Below are positions 23,767-35,729 of a stretch of 60,000 bases of DNA, piece after piece. The stretch covers positions 30,134,001-30,194,000 of the forward strand of contig OZ249436.1 in the NCBI GenBank assembly GCA_965235115.1. Reading direction: 5' to 3'. The translations under genes were made by a program, and so were the position numbers. Below the pieces are notes generated by a model. The model did not search any database. It saw only the letters and a program-made list of their open reading frames with translations, and had not been told where the DNA came from. Source of the stretch: Laetmonice hystrix (Eukaryota). Position 1 is the first letter of the stretch. The number at the start of each line of letters is the position of its first letter.

Positions 23767-26700
23767 AAAGGAGAGTTAACTGTTGACATTCAAGCAATAG
23801 AGGTAAAGTGTCAAAGAGAGATCTGACTAAGACACACTGAGGGATAGCAGTCTGACTCTCGCTGGCCTCTGCATGTCTGCTCCTGCAATCTCAGGTATGA
23901 ATTCCGCAGTTAAAAGAGTAATTCTTACAGAAGAGGATCCATTTCAACGAGTGGCACTAAATAAGATTTATTTGGCCATCGCATGCCATAGTCTCATGCG
24001 TATTTTTGAAAGCTAACACCGTATCTGCGCAAGGTATACATGAAGGGCTTCTTTGGGATATCCCAGCTGTGCTTGAGGTGTTTCTAAAGGATGATTGAGG
24101 TCATTCGAGACGTCAAGGGGCTGGCCTTATTGGGGACATCGTCTTTGTGCGGTCATCAGCAAAATTTGGGCAGACAACTGCTGGCAACCTCTTGTCGCAA
24201 AATTTAAAAGTAGCGGAGATTTCACAGGACAGATGATTTGTCCAGTTCCGATCACGTAGTGAACGGAGTAAAGACCTGAAAATGTGTGCACTGACACAAT
24301 TGGAGCACCAAAAACTCTGACCTTGTGAATGGGAAGGGAATGAAGGGGTTCATTATTTATTAAGAGCACCTGCCTATTTATACAAGATGGCCGGTCATTC
24401 TGCTTCTCGCAATGTCGCATTAAGATGAATTGCGCGGGACTTTTTCTTCTTGAAAAGCTGACCGATTCGGTGTCTTCATCAAGCAGACCAGTGGTGAGCT
24501 GCGGGTACTAGGCCGACTTTGGAGACCGGGGAAGGTTTTGATGAATTTATACGGACACATCTCGGTAGAATTCCATCAGTATCGATTCGAAGCTGCTCTT
24601 CAGTTTGATGTAATGTTTGAAAAAAATGGAAAAGAAAGTAAAATGTTATGAACACTGATTTATTTCCTGCTGTGGGTAATGAACGTTTCCGCCTGGTATG
24701 CCAATTGAAGGAGCCAATCAGATCGGTGAATTATGACTTAATTGGAGCTACATTTCTCATAAATACTTGAAATTGAATAGAATACTTCAAGAGTCCGTCT
24801 GTAATGAGGGCGCAGATTTACTGAGAATATGGACAAGAATGTTATGCACACATCTAGAAAAAATGATTGGCAATGGTTAAACATTACTTAATGATGCAGG
24901 GCAGTACGACCATAGGAAATGATCTGATTTCATTTAATTTCATTTAATGCTTCACTCGAAGGTAGACCTGATCAGAACTGTGACGTCAGTCGGGACAAGG
25001 TGACGCCTGTAACACTGATATTTTGACATCGGAGCGTTATACACTTAAATCGATTTTTTTTCCAGCTTCCAGAAAATCTGACTCGAATTCTGGTTTTACC
25101 CCACAGTGTGTACAAATAATATCAGTATAGACTTTGGTAAACGGGAAAAGACCACGGGAAAATACCGATGTAAAAAAATCGAATTTATCACTTTATGTTA
25201 TGTCAATGTTTTCAAGGTGACCTAATCTCTTCAGGCTACCTGATCCTCTTCGCGGTTTTGTACATTCAAGTGTACACGTGTACGTATCTGAACCGTGTCA
25301 CGTGAAATTCAGGACAAGATTTTGTCATTACCAATACCAAATTGTTAAAACAGCCCCTTTCTGATGGCGCTCCCTCTGTCTGCCACGCTTTGAGGGACCA
25401 CGGTACGCCTATGTTAGCAATTATTGCTCCGTAACATTATTAAAGAGTCTAAAATAAAATTCTTATTTTTATATCCCGCCTGGTTGACATAACAAGATTT
25501 GTTACAAATATGTGTAGGTTCCAGACAGGTAATCTAAAGGATTTTTCAGTCTTTCAATACGTAATTAGGTATGGTTCACTCTCACGAAGGGAAACGGTCC
25601 CGTCATCGACATGCACAATTTCCAACTGTTTGCTTCGTCTTGAAGTTTGCCTTATTTGCCGAACTGGCGCAAAGTCATACTGAGCCACCCGAAGGGGGAG
25701 GATGGTTGCAGCGGTGTATTGTCACATTGAAGCGGAAACTTGGTTTTTCTACATTGAAGCGTGTAATTCTGACAGTGACATTTGAACCAACCTAAGAGAA
25801 AGAATCGTCCTGAAGACCATGAACATACCTTGTTTTCTGCCATTGACATATCTGATATGTTTTCTGACGGTGCTTTTTCTGAAGGAATCGTTGATGAAGA
25901 AGCTAACTATAAAGACGCAATGTGATAATGTAATCTTGAACAAATTAGTAACGGAATGAAGGTTAATGCGTCTTTGGTTCCTGGTATCTGTACGAGGGAG
26001 TTGCCATACATATCGTTTGTGTGGACAGCGTCAATGGAAGCTGTTCACGTTGAACAAATCCAAGTGCAAAATCTCCTGATCAGCCGTGATTTCTAAAGTC
26101 ATGATCCAATGTATGGGTTCCCGAATGTGCTAACTGTTTTTGTCTGTAAATGTCTGTTTCAGAGAGCAAATATTATATGTGATGAACAGATCAGCTCCAA
26201 GCTGAAGTAATTGTGACGCCATTGTGTCTCCCTACCCTCAGCTGGAAGATTAGGGGTGAGATTTCAGAGCAGGTTTCTAACTTTTATCTCGAGATTTAAC
26301 CTTGAATAATTGATGTCGGCTTAATGTCATTTCGTCTTTTCGTTGGGACGCTGGGTCCTGTGAATATACCCAGCCCTCCTCTCTGGGGACGGGCGTACTG
26401 TGAGCTACATGCGGACATTACCATTCACTGGGGAAGTCCATGTTGAAAGACAATGGAAATACGGTAATACTTGCAGCCTGTATAAGGGGGTGAGGCGATT
26501 TAGAAAACTAGACACAAATACACTGGGCTGCTTCATCATTTAGTGCCCGAACTTTGGTAAACTGTTGCATTGCCAAGTAGGGCAATAAAGAGATACATGT
26601 ACAGATTTCTAATGTAAACTAAAGGAGAAAATGCAGGGAGGTGTTTTTCCCGTCAAAATGCTGGATTAATGAAAGTAACATGTAAAAAGCAACTTTAATA

Positions 26701-27729
26701 GTCAAAATAGTCACATACGATGTTAAAGTATCCAGGCAAGGTCTGTTGTCTGTGAAACATGAGAATAATTTCTACAGAAAGAACAAGTTTCCGACTGTTG
26801 GGTGATCAATAGGAAAGGGTCATCAACTTCAACTATTTATACGTACTTCATTAATAGCACTGCCGTCAAAACAGTGTCGGCATTTTGTGCTTCAAAGACA
26901 AGGTTTGCAAAGTAGTTTCCTTGATGAAGATGAAATAGTTAGGGTATTCTGATTGAGGTCAAATTCTATTCAAGGTCATAGGAAGGTCATACATCTGAGT
27001 ACATATTTGATAGCGCTCCGTCTGCCTGGTGATCACCAGTCATTTGTTTCAGAAGGAAAGCGTCAGAGAATTCTGAACGAAATGTGATATTTCATTATGT
27101 GACTAGTGAGGCTGTGCACATTCTTCCAGGATGACGGTCGTACTTGAGTTGTGACAGAAGTTTTCCCCCAAAGTACACAAAATTATAAAAATCTGGCTCC
27201 AAAGCCTGTTTAAATTGAGTTGCTTGTGTAAGTTATTTGATCTTGGGTGCTTTTTGTCAGTCGGGCTGACGTGTTTATTTCTGTAATATTATTCGTCTTC
27301 CAATCATGCTTGCTTATAAATAATATTGTGTATTGCCTAATGACTTATTCCTGCTATACAGCTTCTGGTCTTCTTTTGTACATGTGTGCCGCCTCTGATT
27401 CGACTGCACATCTCGCGTGGATTTTGGGTGGTGTTCCTGCCATGCAAACATGGCGTACGGTAACTTTGTCCATCTTTTCCTTTCTCATTAAAATTGTGAA
27501 GGGATCTGGCATTGTCTGGTGTGAGGTGTGAGCGGAACACCCAGAATGGGGTCTTTGAATTTCGAGCGTGAAAGTGTTACCATTCTGTAGACCAAGAACC
27601 TATATCGGTAGATCATACAGTGCACTTTGCACATGTACAGCAAATCGGCCCGACTTGTTTGCGACACGACAACTCTACAAACTGTCGTGTCGGGCCACAA
27701 GGTGATCCGTTTCAAGAGGTCAGGGGTCA

Positions 27730-27807
27730 TACCCTGTGCGTTGACGTACCCTGTGCGTTGACGTACCCTGTGCGTTGACATACCCTGTGCGTTGACATAC
27801 CCCGTGC
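27730..27807. repeat. 17-bp tandem repeat, about 4.5 copies
   Basis: TACCCTGTGCGTTGAC(G/A) repeated head to tail. Confidence 0.9.
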
Positions 27808-28218
27808 TCATAAAACCCTTTCTATCAGCTGTGACCATCGCCAGGTTTATGTAATTATTCGTTTTTCCACTGTTATGTATTATATATCCATTAAAAAAAA
27901 CTCTAATGTTAGCAGTTGTTTGTTTCACTTTATTTCTTTTAATCCTTTAATCAAAGCCAACAGCAAATACCACATATAAAAATCATGATAAAACGTTGCC
28001 TGGGCCTACTCGTTTCCTCGTTTCGTTCATTGCAGAAAGAGTTATTGGTTAAATATAAATCTCGAACGTCATGTAGGTCTCTAGCTCATGACGAAATCTT
28101 CCACATTGTCAGAAGATGCTATAACGCTTTAACAAAGAATCATCGGCCAGCAGGGGTGTATCCAGGATTGTGGAAGAGGAGGTCGTAGATCAACTATAGT
28201 CCTACAGATAAAGTTGGG

Positions 28219-28488
28219 CAGGGTTCGCAGACTCCTGGAAAGTCCTGGAAAATCAAAAATCCGTTTTCCAGTACTGGAAAGTCCTGGAAAACCAGTCAGA
28301 CTCCTGGAAACTCCTGGAAAAATCATAAAATGCTTTGGAACAACATAATGCTTGGGTTCAGTTTTGCTCTTTATTGCATTTAAAAATCACTGAAAAGTAA
28401 TAAGTATTAGAACTTAAGTCCTGGAAAACTGCGATTTTATCCTGGAAAACTCCTGGAATTTTGGTTTCCTCTAACTCTACGAACCATG
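28219..28488. mobile_element. MITE with CAGGGTTCG end, internal TCCTGGAAA repeats and 5-bp TSD
   Basis: TIR CAGGGTTCG / CGAACCATG (1 mismatch). TSD TTGGG at 28214-28218 and 28489-28493. Many internal TCCTGGAAA motifs. Confidence 0.75.
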
Positions 28489-29453
28489 TTGGGTCTATCG
28501 GAGAAGTTTCAACCAAACCAACAAAATTCAGGGGCTAATGTGCAGTTCGAAATTCAATTTAGTGATAAGGTATAATCGCCCATCACATGGATACGGCTCG
28601 TCCCCTTTAGGGGGGGGGGGGGGGGGGGGGGGGAAACCGACAATTCCAGTTTCCAGTTACTGGCAGTACAAAAGACACCAGGAAAGGTGTAACAGTAAAC
28701 CTTGAATTGTAATCTCAGAGACTCTCCTATTAGGTTTCACAGCCCAGGCAGGATCTCCGCGGGGTATCCTGCTGGGCCCGATTTTTAAAAGCACGTTTGA
28801 GCTGTATCTCAAGCTACCAATACGAGCACCCTGAAAATATAAACTTGCGAAGGTCTCTGCAAAATATGTGACTATTGAATAACACACATTAGCCCTACTG
28901 ACTCCAAGGTTGGAGTCAAGATACCAACCAAATGCAGTTGATGATTACTTGTTCTCAATATATCAAGTGGATTTTATCAAGTGGCAAATCAAACTTGTAA
29001 ACATTTTCACAGTTAGTAACTGTTGTGGGAGCCTGTGGCAAGTCTATAAGCTCCCCCTAGTGTCAATCAAGTACACTACGAGTCGGTGAGACGGCCTGGT
29101 GGTGCCATCGGGAACCTTAGTGGTCGACTGAAGTGCCATCTAGTGGAATCGAAACCAGTCGACTGTCCACATTGTGTACGTGTATTCGACCTTTCGTACA
29201 CATTTGGTTGAATACATGTACCGGTATCGATTTTTTCATACCAATACCAATCCTGAGGGGTTGACCACACATTTCCATCCATTTTTGTTCTTTTAGTTCA
29301 TATTATTTAAACCCTCTTAGACCCCCCCCCCTTTTTTTAAAGTTTGTCCTGATCATCACGGCCCCCTTAATCCACATTCCTGGGTCCACCCCTAACCTCT
29401 GTGTCATCAATGTAAACTCCATTCCTTAAATTCTTTTTCAAAGCTTTTATTCT

Positions 29454-29626
29454 TTATGACTTAGCCTTCTTCTTCTTTAGGGCTTCGAGGTACTTTCCCA
29501 AGGATACCTGTACGGAATCTCTCATAAGGAAACTAACAAAAGCATCTACGTCTTCTTTTCGATTTTGCAACAAATTCTTGAGTGTGGATTCCCGCAACTG
29601 AAGTTTGCTTTCTTGTCGCGCCAAAT
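29454..29626 (-). CDS. ECI1: Enoyl-CoA delta isomerase 1, exon 7 (last)
   Basis: (D)LARQESKLQLRESTLKNLLQNRKEDVDAFVSFLMRDSVQVSLGKYLEALKKKKAKS*. Acceptor CACAG, stop TAA at 29456-29454. Confidence 0.9.
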
Positions 29627-30033
29627 CTGTGACAATGGTAAAGAACGAATACTAGAAGTATGGCATGCTGATTTCACATTTCAGTTCAAGAAGGATTTCT
29701 CTGCATATACCAAAATATTGTTTTTAAATAATTGCTAAGGTCAAGTTTATGAACTACATGTGTACCACTTTTTTTTTTAGTTGCTATGCTACTCGAAAAC
29801 AAATTCAAGCAGATTCAGAGCATATTCTTTGCAACTCAAGAACCTTTTTCCTCATGTTCGAGGGACCATTTGAGTGAATCAATTATCGAGTCCTTTTGTT
29901 TTATTGGGTTCACAAACGAAAACAGTACTCCTGAGAATGACTAGAGTTTAAAATTTGATCCCCTTGCTAAGGATCCTGAAGGAGTTTCAAGACCACCATA
30001 ATATACGTTTATCTTTCACAGTATTTCACTCAC

Positions 30034-30212
30034 CTGGTATACGTAACCATCTGTCCATCTCCGTGGTGGCTACACTCATGACATCGGCTTCGGGAACAAG
30101 CTGGTCGATGAGGCCCACTTTCAACGCCTCCTGGCCTCCATATAGATGGCCCAACTGGAGTGCCCGCTCCGTCTCTCTGTGTCCTACCGTGTTAGCCATG
30201 GTATGCTGGAAC
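30034..30212 (-). CDS. ECI1: ECI1 exon 6
   Basis: (W)FQHTMANTVGHRETERALQLGHLYGGQEALKVGLIDQLVPEADVMSVATTEMDRWLRIP. AAG acceptor and GTGAGT donor; phases fit both neighbours. Confidence 0.92.
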
Positions 30213-30491
30213 CTTTAAATATAAAGTCCTGACGATCAATATTATGAACAATTTAACATTTCTTGCAAAGAATTTCTTGTTTACATTTCATAAATGATAC
30301 TTAACAAGGACGTATATGTGTAACTGTAAGTATGGTTATTTTTGGAAATTTAAATTGTTTAACCTCGTATATCTGTTAGAACAAATAATTTATTTGTTAT
30401 TTATTTGTGAAATATCTTTATTTGAAATAAAGATATTTCACATCACGGCAGTGAGCAGATGCAGTATATAAAAAAACAAGGGGGTTCTCAC

Positions 30492-30511
30492 CATGTAGGT
30501 GCAACTATACC
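30492..30511 (-). CDS. ECI1: ECI1 exon 5, 20-nt micro-exon (GIVAPT + TG)
   Basis: TTTTCAG|GGTATAGTTGCACCTACATG|GTGAG. Supplies the conserved GI.AP.W motif and is needed to keep frame between exons 4 and 6. Confidence 0.88.
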
Positions 30512-30726
30512 CTGAAAATAAATTTAAAAAACATCATTTTAATGAGCAGTTCCTGGCCAGACAGGCATACCAGCGTTACAATTAAGGCATCAGTTAGAGA
30601 TTAAAGCCCATCACGATTACGGTATCTCTTATATCAATCCAATGACCAGTCCATCCTGTGGCATCACTGATTATCACTTAACAGCTTGAGAATTTTCCAA
30701 TGAACATTTCACATAAATGACCTTAC

Positions 30727-30825
30727 CAGTAACGTTTCGTTTAAACCAATGGTGAATTTTCCTTCAGCCATTATCCTGTAATCCGTTGCCATGGCAATCA
30801 AGCACCCTCCAGCAGGACTGTGGCC
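30727..30825 (-). CDS. ECI1: ECI1 exon 4 (contains the catalytic Glu motif GLNET)
   Basis: GHSPAGGCLIAMATDYRIMAEGKFTIGLNETLL, with TAAG acceptor and GTAAG donor. Confidence 0.93.
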
Positions 30826-30984
30826 CTTAGAGTCAGAATTAGCATACAATTTTTTTTTGTAATTTTTTTTGTAATCATGATCTGAGTAAAGTAACCAGCT
30901 AGTATATTCACAGTACAATATCATATCAACAAAACATTTCAAACAATATCTCAAAAAGCTGTCAATTGTTCCTTTAAATCTTAC

Positions 30985-31131
30985 ATTGATGGCAGCAATG
31001 TTGATGAGTTTGCTGCCATAGAGACGAAGCCACATTTCCTGAACATTCCTCCAGAAATTTCTCAGTCTGTCTTCACTTGACTGGTACATCTCCATTATGT
31101 CCAGGCCAGCACTGAAGATCCCTGCAGCATT
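30985..31131 (-). CDS. ECI1: ECI1 exon 3
   Basis: NAAGIFSAGLDIMEMYQSSEDRLRNFWRNVQEMWLRLYGSKLINIAAIN, containing the crotonase FSAGLD motif. CCAG acceptor and GTAAG donor. Confidence 0.94.
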
Positions 31132-31356
31132 CTGGAATAAAGGAGGAAACAACGTTTATAGTAGGTAATATATGTATACATGATGTACAAACCAATCTTC
31201 AGACATAACAGATCTTAACATTTTTTTGATGGATGGCCTGACTGCCACTGCCTGGACAACATTGTCAGTTACCAATGAGGGATGGATGTGGTTCACCTAA
31301 AATGACTCCCATTTAGGCCTCACTTATGTTCCCAATGACTTATTATTCAGTTGTCC

Positions 31357-32433
31357 CATAGAACTGTACTGGAGGGAAGGCCAACTCTCTTTCGTGCCCC
31401 AATTATCGCTCAAATATGTAGGGTCGTTTGCAGCGCCCCGATGTGGTTATGAGACCGGTGCTTGGGTGCAACGCTCGGCATAGCACGGCGACATTAGGCC
31501 TAGACTCTCTTGGATTTAAACATCAACTGGATTATGGATAAAGTGTATAGGCAGTGGAGCAGAATGTAGCAAAGGCTTGGAAAAAATCTAGGTGTCCTAA
31601 GATATTTTAAAATCAATTACCTAGAATTAAAATCGAGAGACCCAATCAGCGACGTCAGGAACAATGCACAATAGCGCTACGTCACAATGGTCATTTGGAA
31701 TGTGATCATAACGGGCCTAAATATTAATGGCGGACGGTGCTTCGCTTCGCCAGTTCAAACGTCTCTAACTGCTAAAATACACAAGGAAGAACGTTGAAAC
31801 GCGACATAAGGGGATAAAATATTGAACCAAACAATGTCACTGACTTAGAATTGTTTAGCAAGGTCCCCCCTTTCTTAATTCAAGCACTGTCATCGCCGGA
31901 GATCGGTGAAGTTTGTGACGTTACAATTTCGTACCCTCGTAATCTGACAGTTTTTTTTGGGTAAATTTTGAAAAGATTAAGTAACAGATGTGAATGCCAT
32001 ATACATTTATAGATCGAGGATTACTCTAAAATCCGGCCTGGATAGATTCTAAAATTATTGTTGTGATTTAGTATTTCTAATGGGCCGTTCTTATTGGGGG
32101 TTGACCCAAGCCTTGCGGCCAAGCCCGCTTGAACTGGCGCGAGTGCATAATTCGGTGTCAGTCGTTTGAAATGTATATGTTTGTCTATGCGGGCTAGATA
32201 AGTCTACTGCAGTAATTAATTAACCATCCCTGCCTTTCGTCCTGCTCTATTTTGATAATTTGTGCATCCAGGGACACAATAGACGATCGGTCCTTCCCAT
32301 GTTTACACTTGGGCCAAGGCAGATGACGTTACGGGTCTCATAACCACTGGAGGGCGCTGCAAACGCATAAGACTACTAGCGCCCCAAGCGGAAAAAATAG
32401 AGAGTTGGTCTTCCCTCCCAGTACAGTTCTATG
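31357..32433. mobile_element. Non-autonomous P-element-like transposon (CATAG ends, 7-bp TSD)
   Basis: TIR of about 34 bp, CATAGAACTGTACTGGAGGGAAGGCCAACTCTCT / AGAGAGTTGGTCTTCCCTCCCAGTACAGTTCTATG. A second subterminal inverted pair lies at about 31425-31457 and 32333-32365. TSD GTTGTCC at 31350-31356 and 32434-32440. Confidence 0.8.
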
Positions 32434-32444
32434 GTTGTCCGTAC

Positions 32445-32572
32445 AGATGTCCAGATAAGTCCTCGGCATCCTGTCTCTTTCTCAAGACTATCGATGGTGG
32501 AGACAATTTCTTCCAAGAACTCCAGGCTCAAGCTGTTCACTGGCTTTTTGTTGAGCTTTGCTGTAGCCACAC
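32445..32572 (-). CDS. ECI1: ECI1 exon 2
   Basis: (G)VATAKLNKKPVNSLSLEFLEEIVSTIDSLEKETGCRGLIWTS, with the PVNSLSLEFL motif typical of ECI1. ACAG acceptor and GTACGG donor. Confidence 0.93.
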
Positions 32573-32906
32573 CTGTTATAACAGAAATCATGAGCCTTGA
32601 TGTAAGTAGAGTACACTCCAGATAATTTTATGAACTAGACCCCGTCGGAGTCACAGCCCCCAATTGAGTAGGGACTAATGATTTGTGGGTCCAGGAACTA
32701 GTCTATGCATGCTTTTTGCCCCTCATGCCTTCTGTCACCAAGAACAAAATCCAGAAATTGTTGGAGTTATTGCTTCAAATTTCTTTATATCCAAGATGGC
32801 CACCATGCAGCCATTTTTAATGATATGTTTGACCTGTGACTTCCTAATAATAGTAACTATTGCATTATCTTACACCGTTTTCGAGATATGAGCCAAAAGA
32901 GTATTA

Positions 32907-35383
32907 TTATCCCATCCCCCATCAAGGGGATGGGATTTTGAAATTGTGTGGTTTCATCTTCCGTATTATTATTCCCGTAGGTGTAGTAGTTAAACTCTTT
33001 AGCATCGTATCTCGCTCATTTTTCAAGATAGCAATACAAAACTTGGTAGGCGTATTAAGGACGCCAGAGAGAATTTGCAGTTTGAAGCTTGACGTCATAT
33101 GACGTCACGTCATGACGTCATGACGTTAATCGTGTTTTACGCATTGAGGCCATTTTCTAAAGCTCATATTGAGAATTTCAAAAACGTCTCATGCCAAGAT
33201 AATCAGGCAAGGGTATTGCCTAAATCTGACCCTTGTTTTGACCTTTGACCTTTAAGCTGAGGGAGAACTGGGTCAGAGGTCACAAATCGGTTAAATTGAT
33301 TCTTCTTCCCCATTTTGTGGTGAAACTTGACAATATGTGGCAGAAGCATTCTCCAATGTAAGCTCCACAAACTGGTGCATCGGGTAAACAATTTGACCTA
33401 TTTTCACTAAATCACGTGACTTTGAAGTTTTGAACTCGGGTCATTTTGAAAGGTCCTTGCTGTAACTTTTGAAAGATTTAAGACAGAGCCTTAATTGTTC
33501 ATTAACTTTATAAAAGTGAATGTCCTCGTTAATAAAGTACCATAATGTTTGTATCACGAGACATGTGACGTCATCTATGACGTCATCTTTCTGATTTATG
33601 TAACCGAACTTCTACGGGCTGTATCTTGAAAGGTATTACACATAGTCATATGAAAGTACATCTGTTGTAAAGTACATAGAGTCAGGTATACCACTGATTG
33701 TTCAATTCTTGTTCTCGAAAGGCATTATAGCCACAATCATAAGTTGTCATGTGTATTAGTCTTCACATATTATAATGTTTGGCACTAGGATGGTTGGGAT
33801 CTCTGTATACACAGATCGCCCACTGTGCGTTCGCCGTTCGGCCCCGGCCGGGTCGGCAGAGTGTTATGTAAGTGCTACTGATAAGGCCCGCTGGTGTCGA
33901 CTGCCCCAGTCCTCACAGTCAGGGTGTTGTTGGAGGAATCTGTACCCAGAACAACCCCAACTGAATGAATTAGCGGTGCTTTAGAGCTGTATGTGTAACT
34001 GTCTAATACATATTTTTTTGAATCTTATATTGGAGGAGAGCAATAAAACAAAACTCTCATGAAGGTTGTCTTCTTGAAGTTACAAAACAACTCTTGGCCA
34101 GCCAGGTTTAGTGAGCCAGCAGATTGATGTGAATAGATGTCACATTTCGGGCCGGTCGTCGGTCGTGACTACTCCTCCTTTCCTCCAGGGTCAGGGTAGG
34201 TTTGGAGCATTAGGCCTATGTCTATTCAGAACTGACATAACTGAATTAGCTGTGATTTTGAACTGTAGGTATAACGGTCTAATACATACATGTATATGTT
34301 TTTGAATCTGTTTTGTTTTGAATAGGAGTAGAGTTGAACTAGATATGTTGTGGAGTACTATAATGATTTTCAGAGGCCTGCAAGTATAACTGCTAAACGG
34401 GCGCTAGATAGTCCCATAGTTACTATTAAACATAAATGGAAAGATTATGTTCTTTCAATTGATACCAATACTATTTATGTAGGGTACCGTGATAAAACAT
34501 TCCCACATTCAGATACAGGTCCTGACATCTCCACCTTCAGCCTAAAAGGAAAATATTCTCAGACTAGCAACACATGATGGCATTATCGTTAAAAGCTAGC
34601 TCGTGTACCATATTGACCGGGGGTGGGCCATATTGACCAACTACCTGGGCCATATCAACCAGGCCATTATCGGTCATGGGCCATATCGACCGGAGACCAT
34701 AATGATCATATTATGGAGGCATTGGAATCCCTGGAAAAATTATCTTCCGATGACTATGATAATGACGGCATTGGAATCTCTTCGACAGGGTTCCCAGCCA
34801 CTCTAAAAATCAGGGAAAACCTTTAAATTGGCGTTACATTTTTCCAGTCAAGGAAAACTCGGGAATTGGGGAAAAACATATAAGATCAGGAAAAACTCAG
34901 GGAATTTGACAGTGACCCAGATGGCAAAGGTATTCGTCAGTTAATTCAATTTGGCGGGCGCATCTTTAGTGTGTCCGAAGTTGTATCCATTGACTTATTT
35001 GTATCGTGGCTTTTTAATGTTGATAAGAGTGTGAAGAATACACCTGTCCGTACCGTTATAATCGGTTATGCTACCTATATTAAACACAAAATATATCTCA
35101 TGGAATTTTGGAAATTTCTCAGGGAATTCTCAGGAAAAAAAACTCAGGGAATTTGATGTTTACAAAAAGCGGGGAACCCTGGTTTCAATTGATGCCAAGA
35201 TTCATGATGTACAGCAGCGTGCTGTCTGACATCATAATGACATTATTGGCATCTATTAAGGAAAGGATTATAACTTGTGATAGGTGCAAGATGCAGCCAT
35301 GTTTCATGTTGAAATCGAGTAGAACGGGAACGCCCCAGGGGGATGGGATTCATCATGTGGCCATCGCCACATCCTATCTAGTT
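32907..35383 (+). mobile_element. HINE/DINE-1-like element related to those at 3.2-5.9 kb
   Basis: 5' subTIR hairpin ATCCCATCCCC (32909-32919) / GGGGATGGGAT (32926-32936). 3' subTIR GGGGATGGGAT at 35339-35349, hairpin ATGTGGC-catc-GCCACAT at 35355-35372, CTAGTT end at 35378-35383. Same TGACGTCA-rich body. Confidence 0.75.
34786..35181. mobile_element. MITE with CAGGGTTCCC TIRs and internal TCAGGGAA repeats
   Basis: Perfect 10-bp TIR CAGGGTTCCC / GGGAACCCTG, with architecture like 28219-28488. No TSD recognisable. Confidence 0.65.
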
Positions 35384-35729
35384 TGGAGTTATTGTTCCAA
35401 ATGTGTTTATATCCAAGATGGCTGCCAAGTGGCCATTTTGAAGGATATCAAAAAATCCTTTGAGGTGCATCATGCCACGAGGGTAAGTGATCTTGTTTTA
35501 AAATATGAAGAGGATTGGCCCACGCGTTATTCAGATATCGTCCATGGACGGAGGGACGGCGCAATGGACCGACGGACGGACGGCGCGACGGACGAAGGGT
35601 AAATTAGAAGCCCCCGATCGGGGCCTAAAAAAGAGATAAAAATAAACTATCCCCCTAGCCTGACTGCCTGAGAGGAAAAAGGATGAATTTATTAAATTAT
35701 TATTTCCTGAAAAGTATTGAAATTCCTAC

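Larger units (their letters stand above)
32633..35632 (-). mobile_element. Minus-strand HINE-like element split by a nested element
   Basis: On the minus strand it begins TTTTTAGGCCCGATCGGGGGCT, followed by a (GTCC)-like microsatellite (35545-35595), and ends GGGGGCT...CTAGTT (32638-32633). A diverged internal repeat GGAGTTATTG...ATCCAAGATGGC...GCCATTTT occurs on both sides of the insert (32763 and 35385). Confidence 0.6.

Noticed and set aside
29454..29475. Peroxisomal PTS1 at the ECI1 C-terminus (KKKKAKS)
   Set aside because: It ends in AKS rather than (S/A)KL/M, and the N-terminus looks like a mitochondrial presequence.
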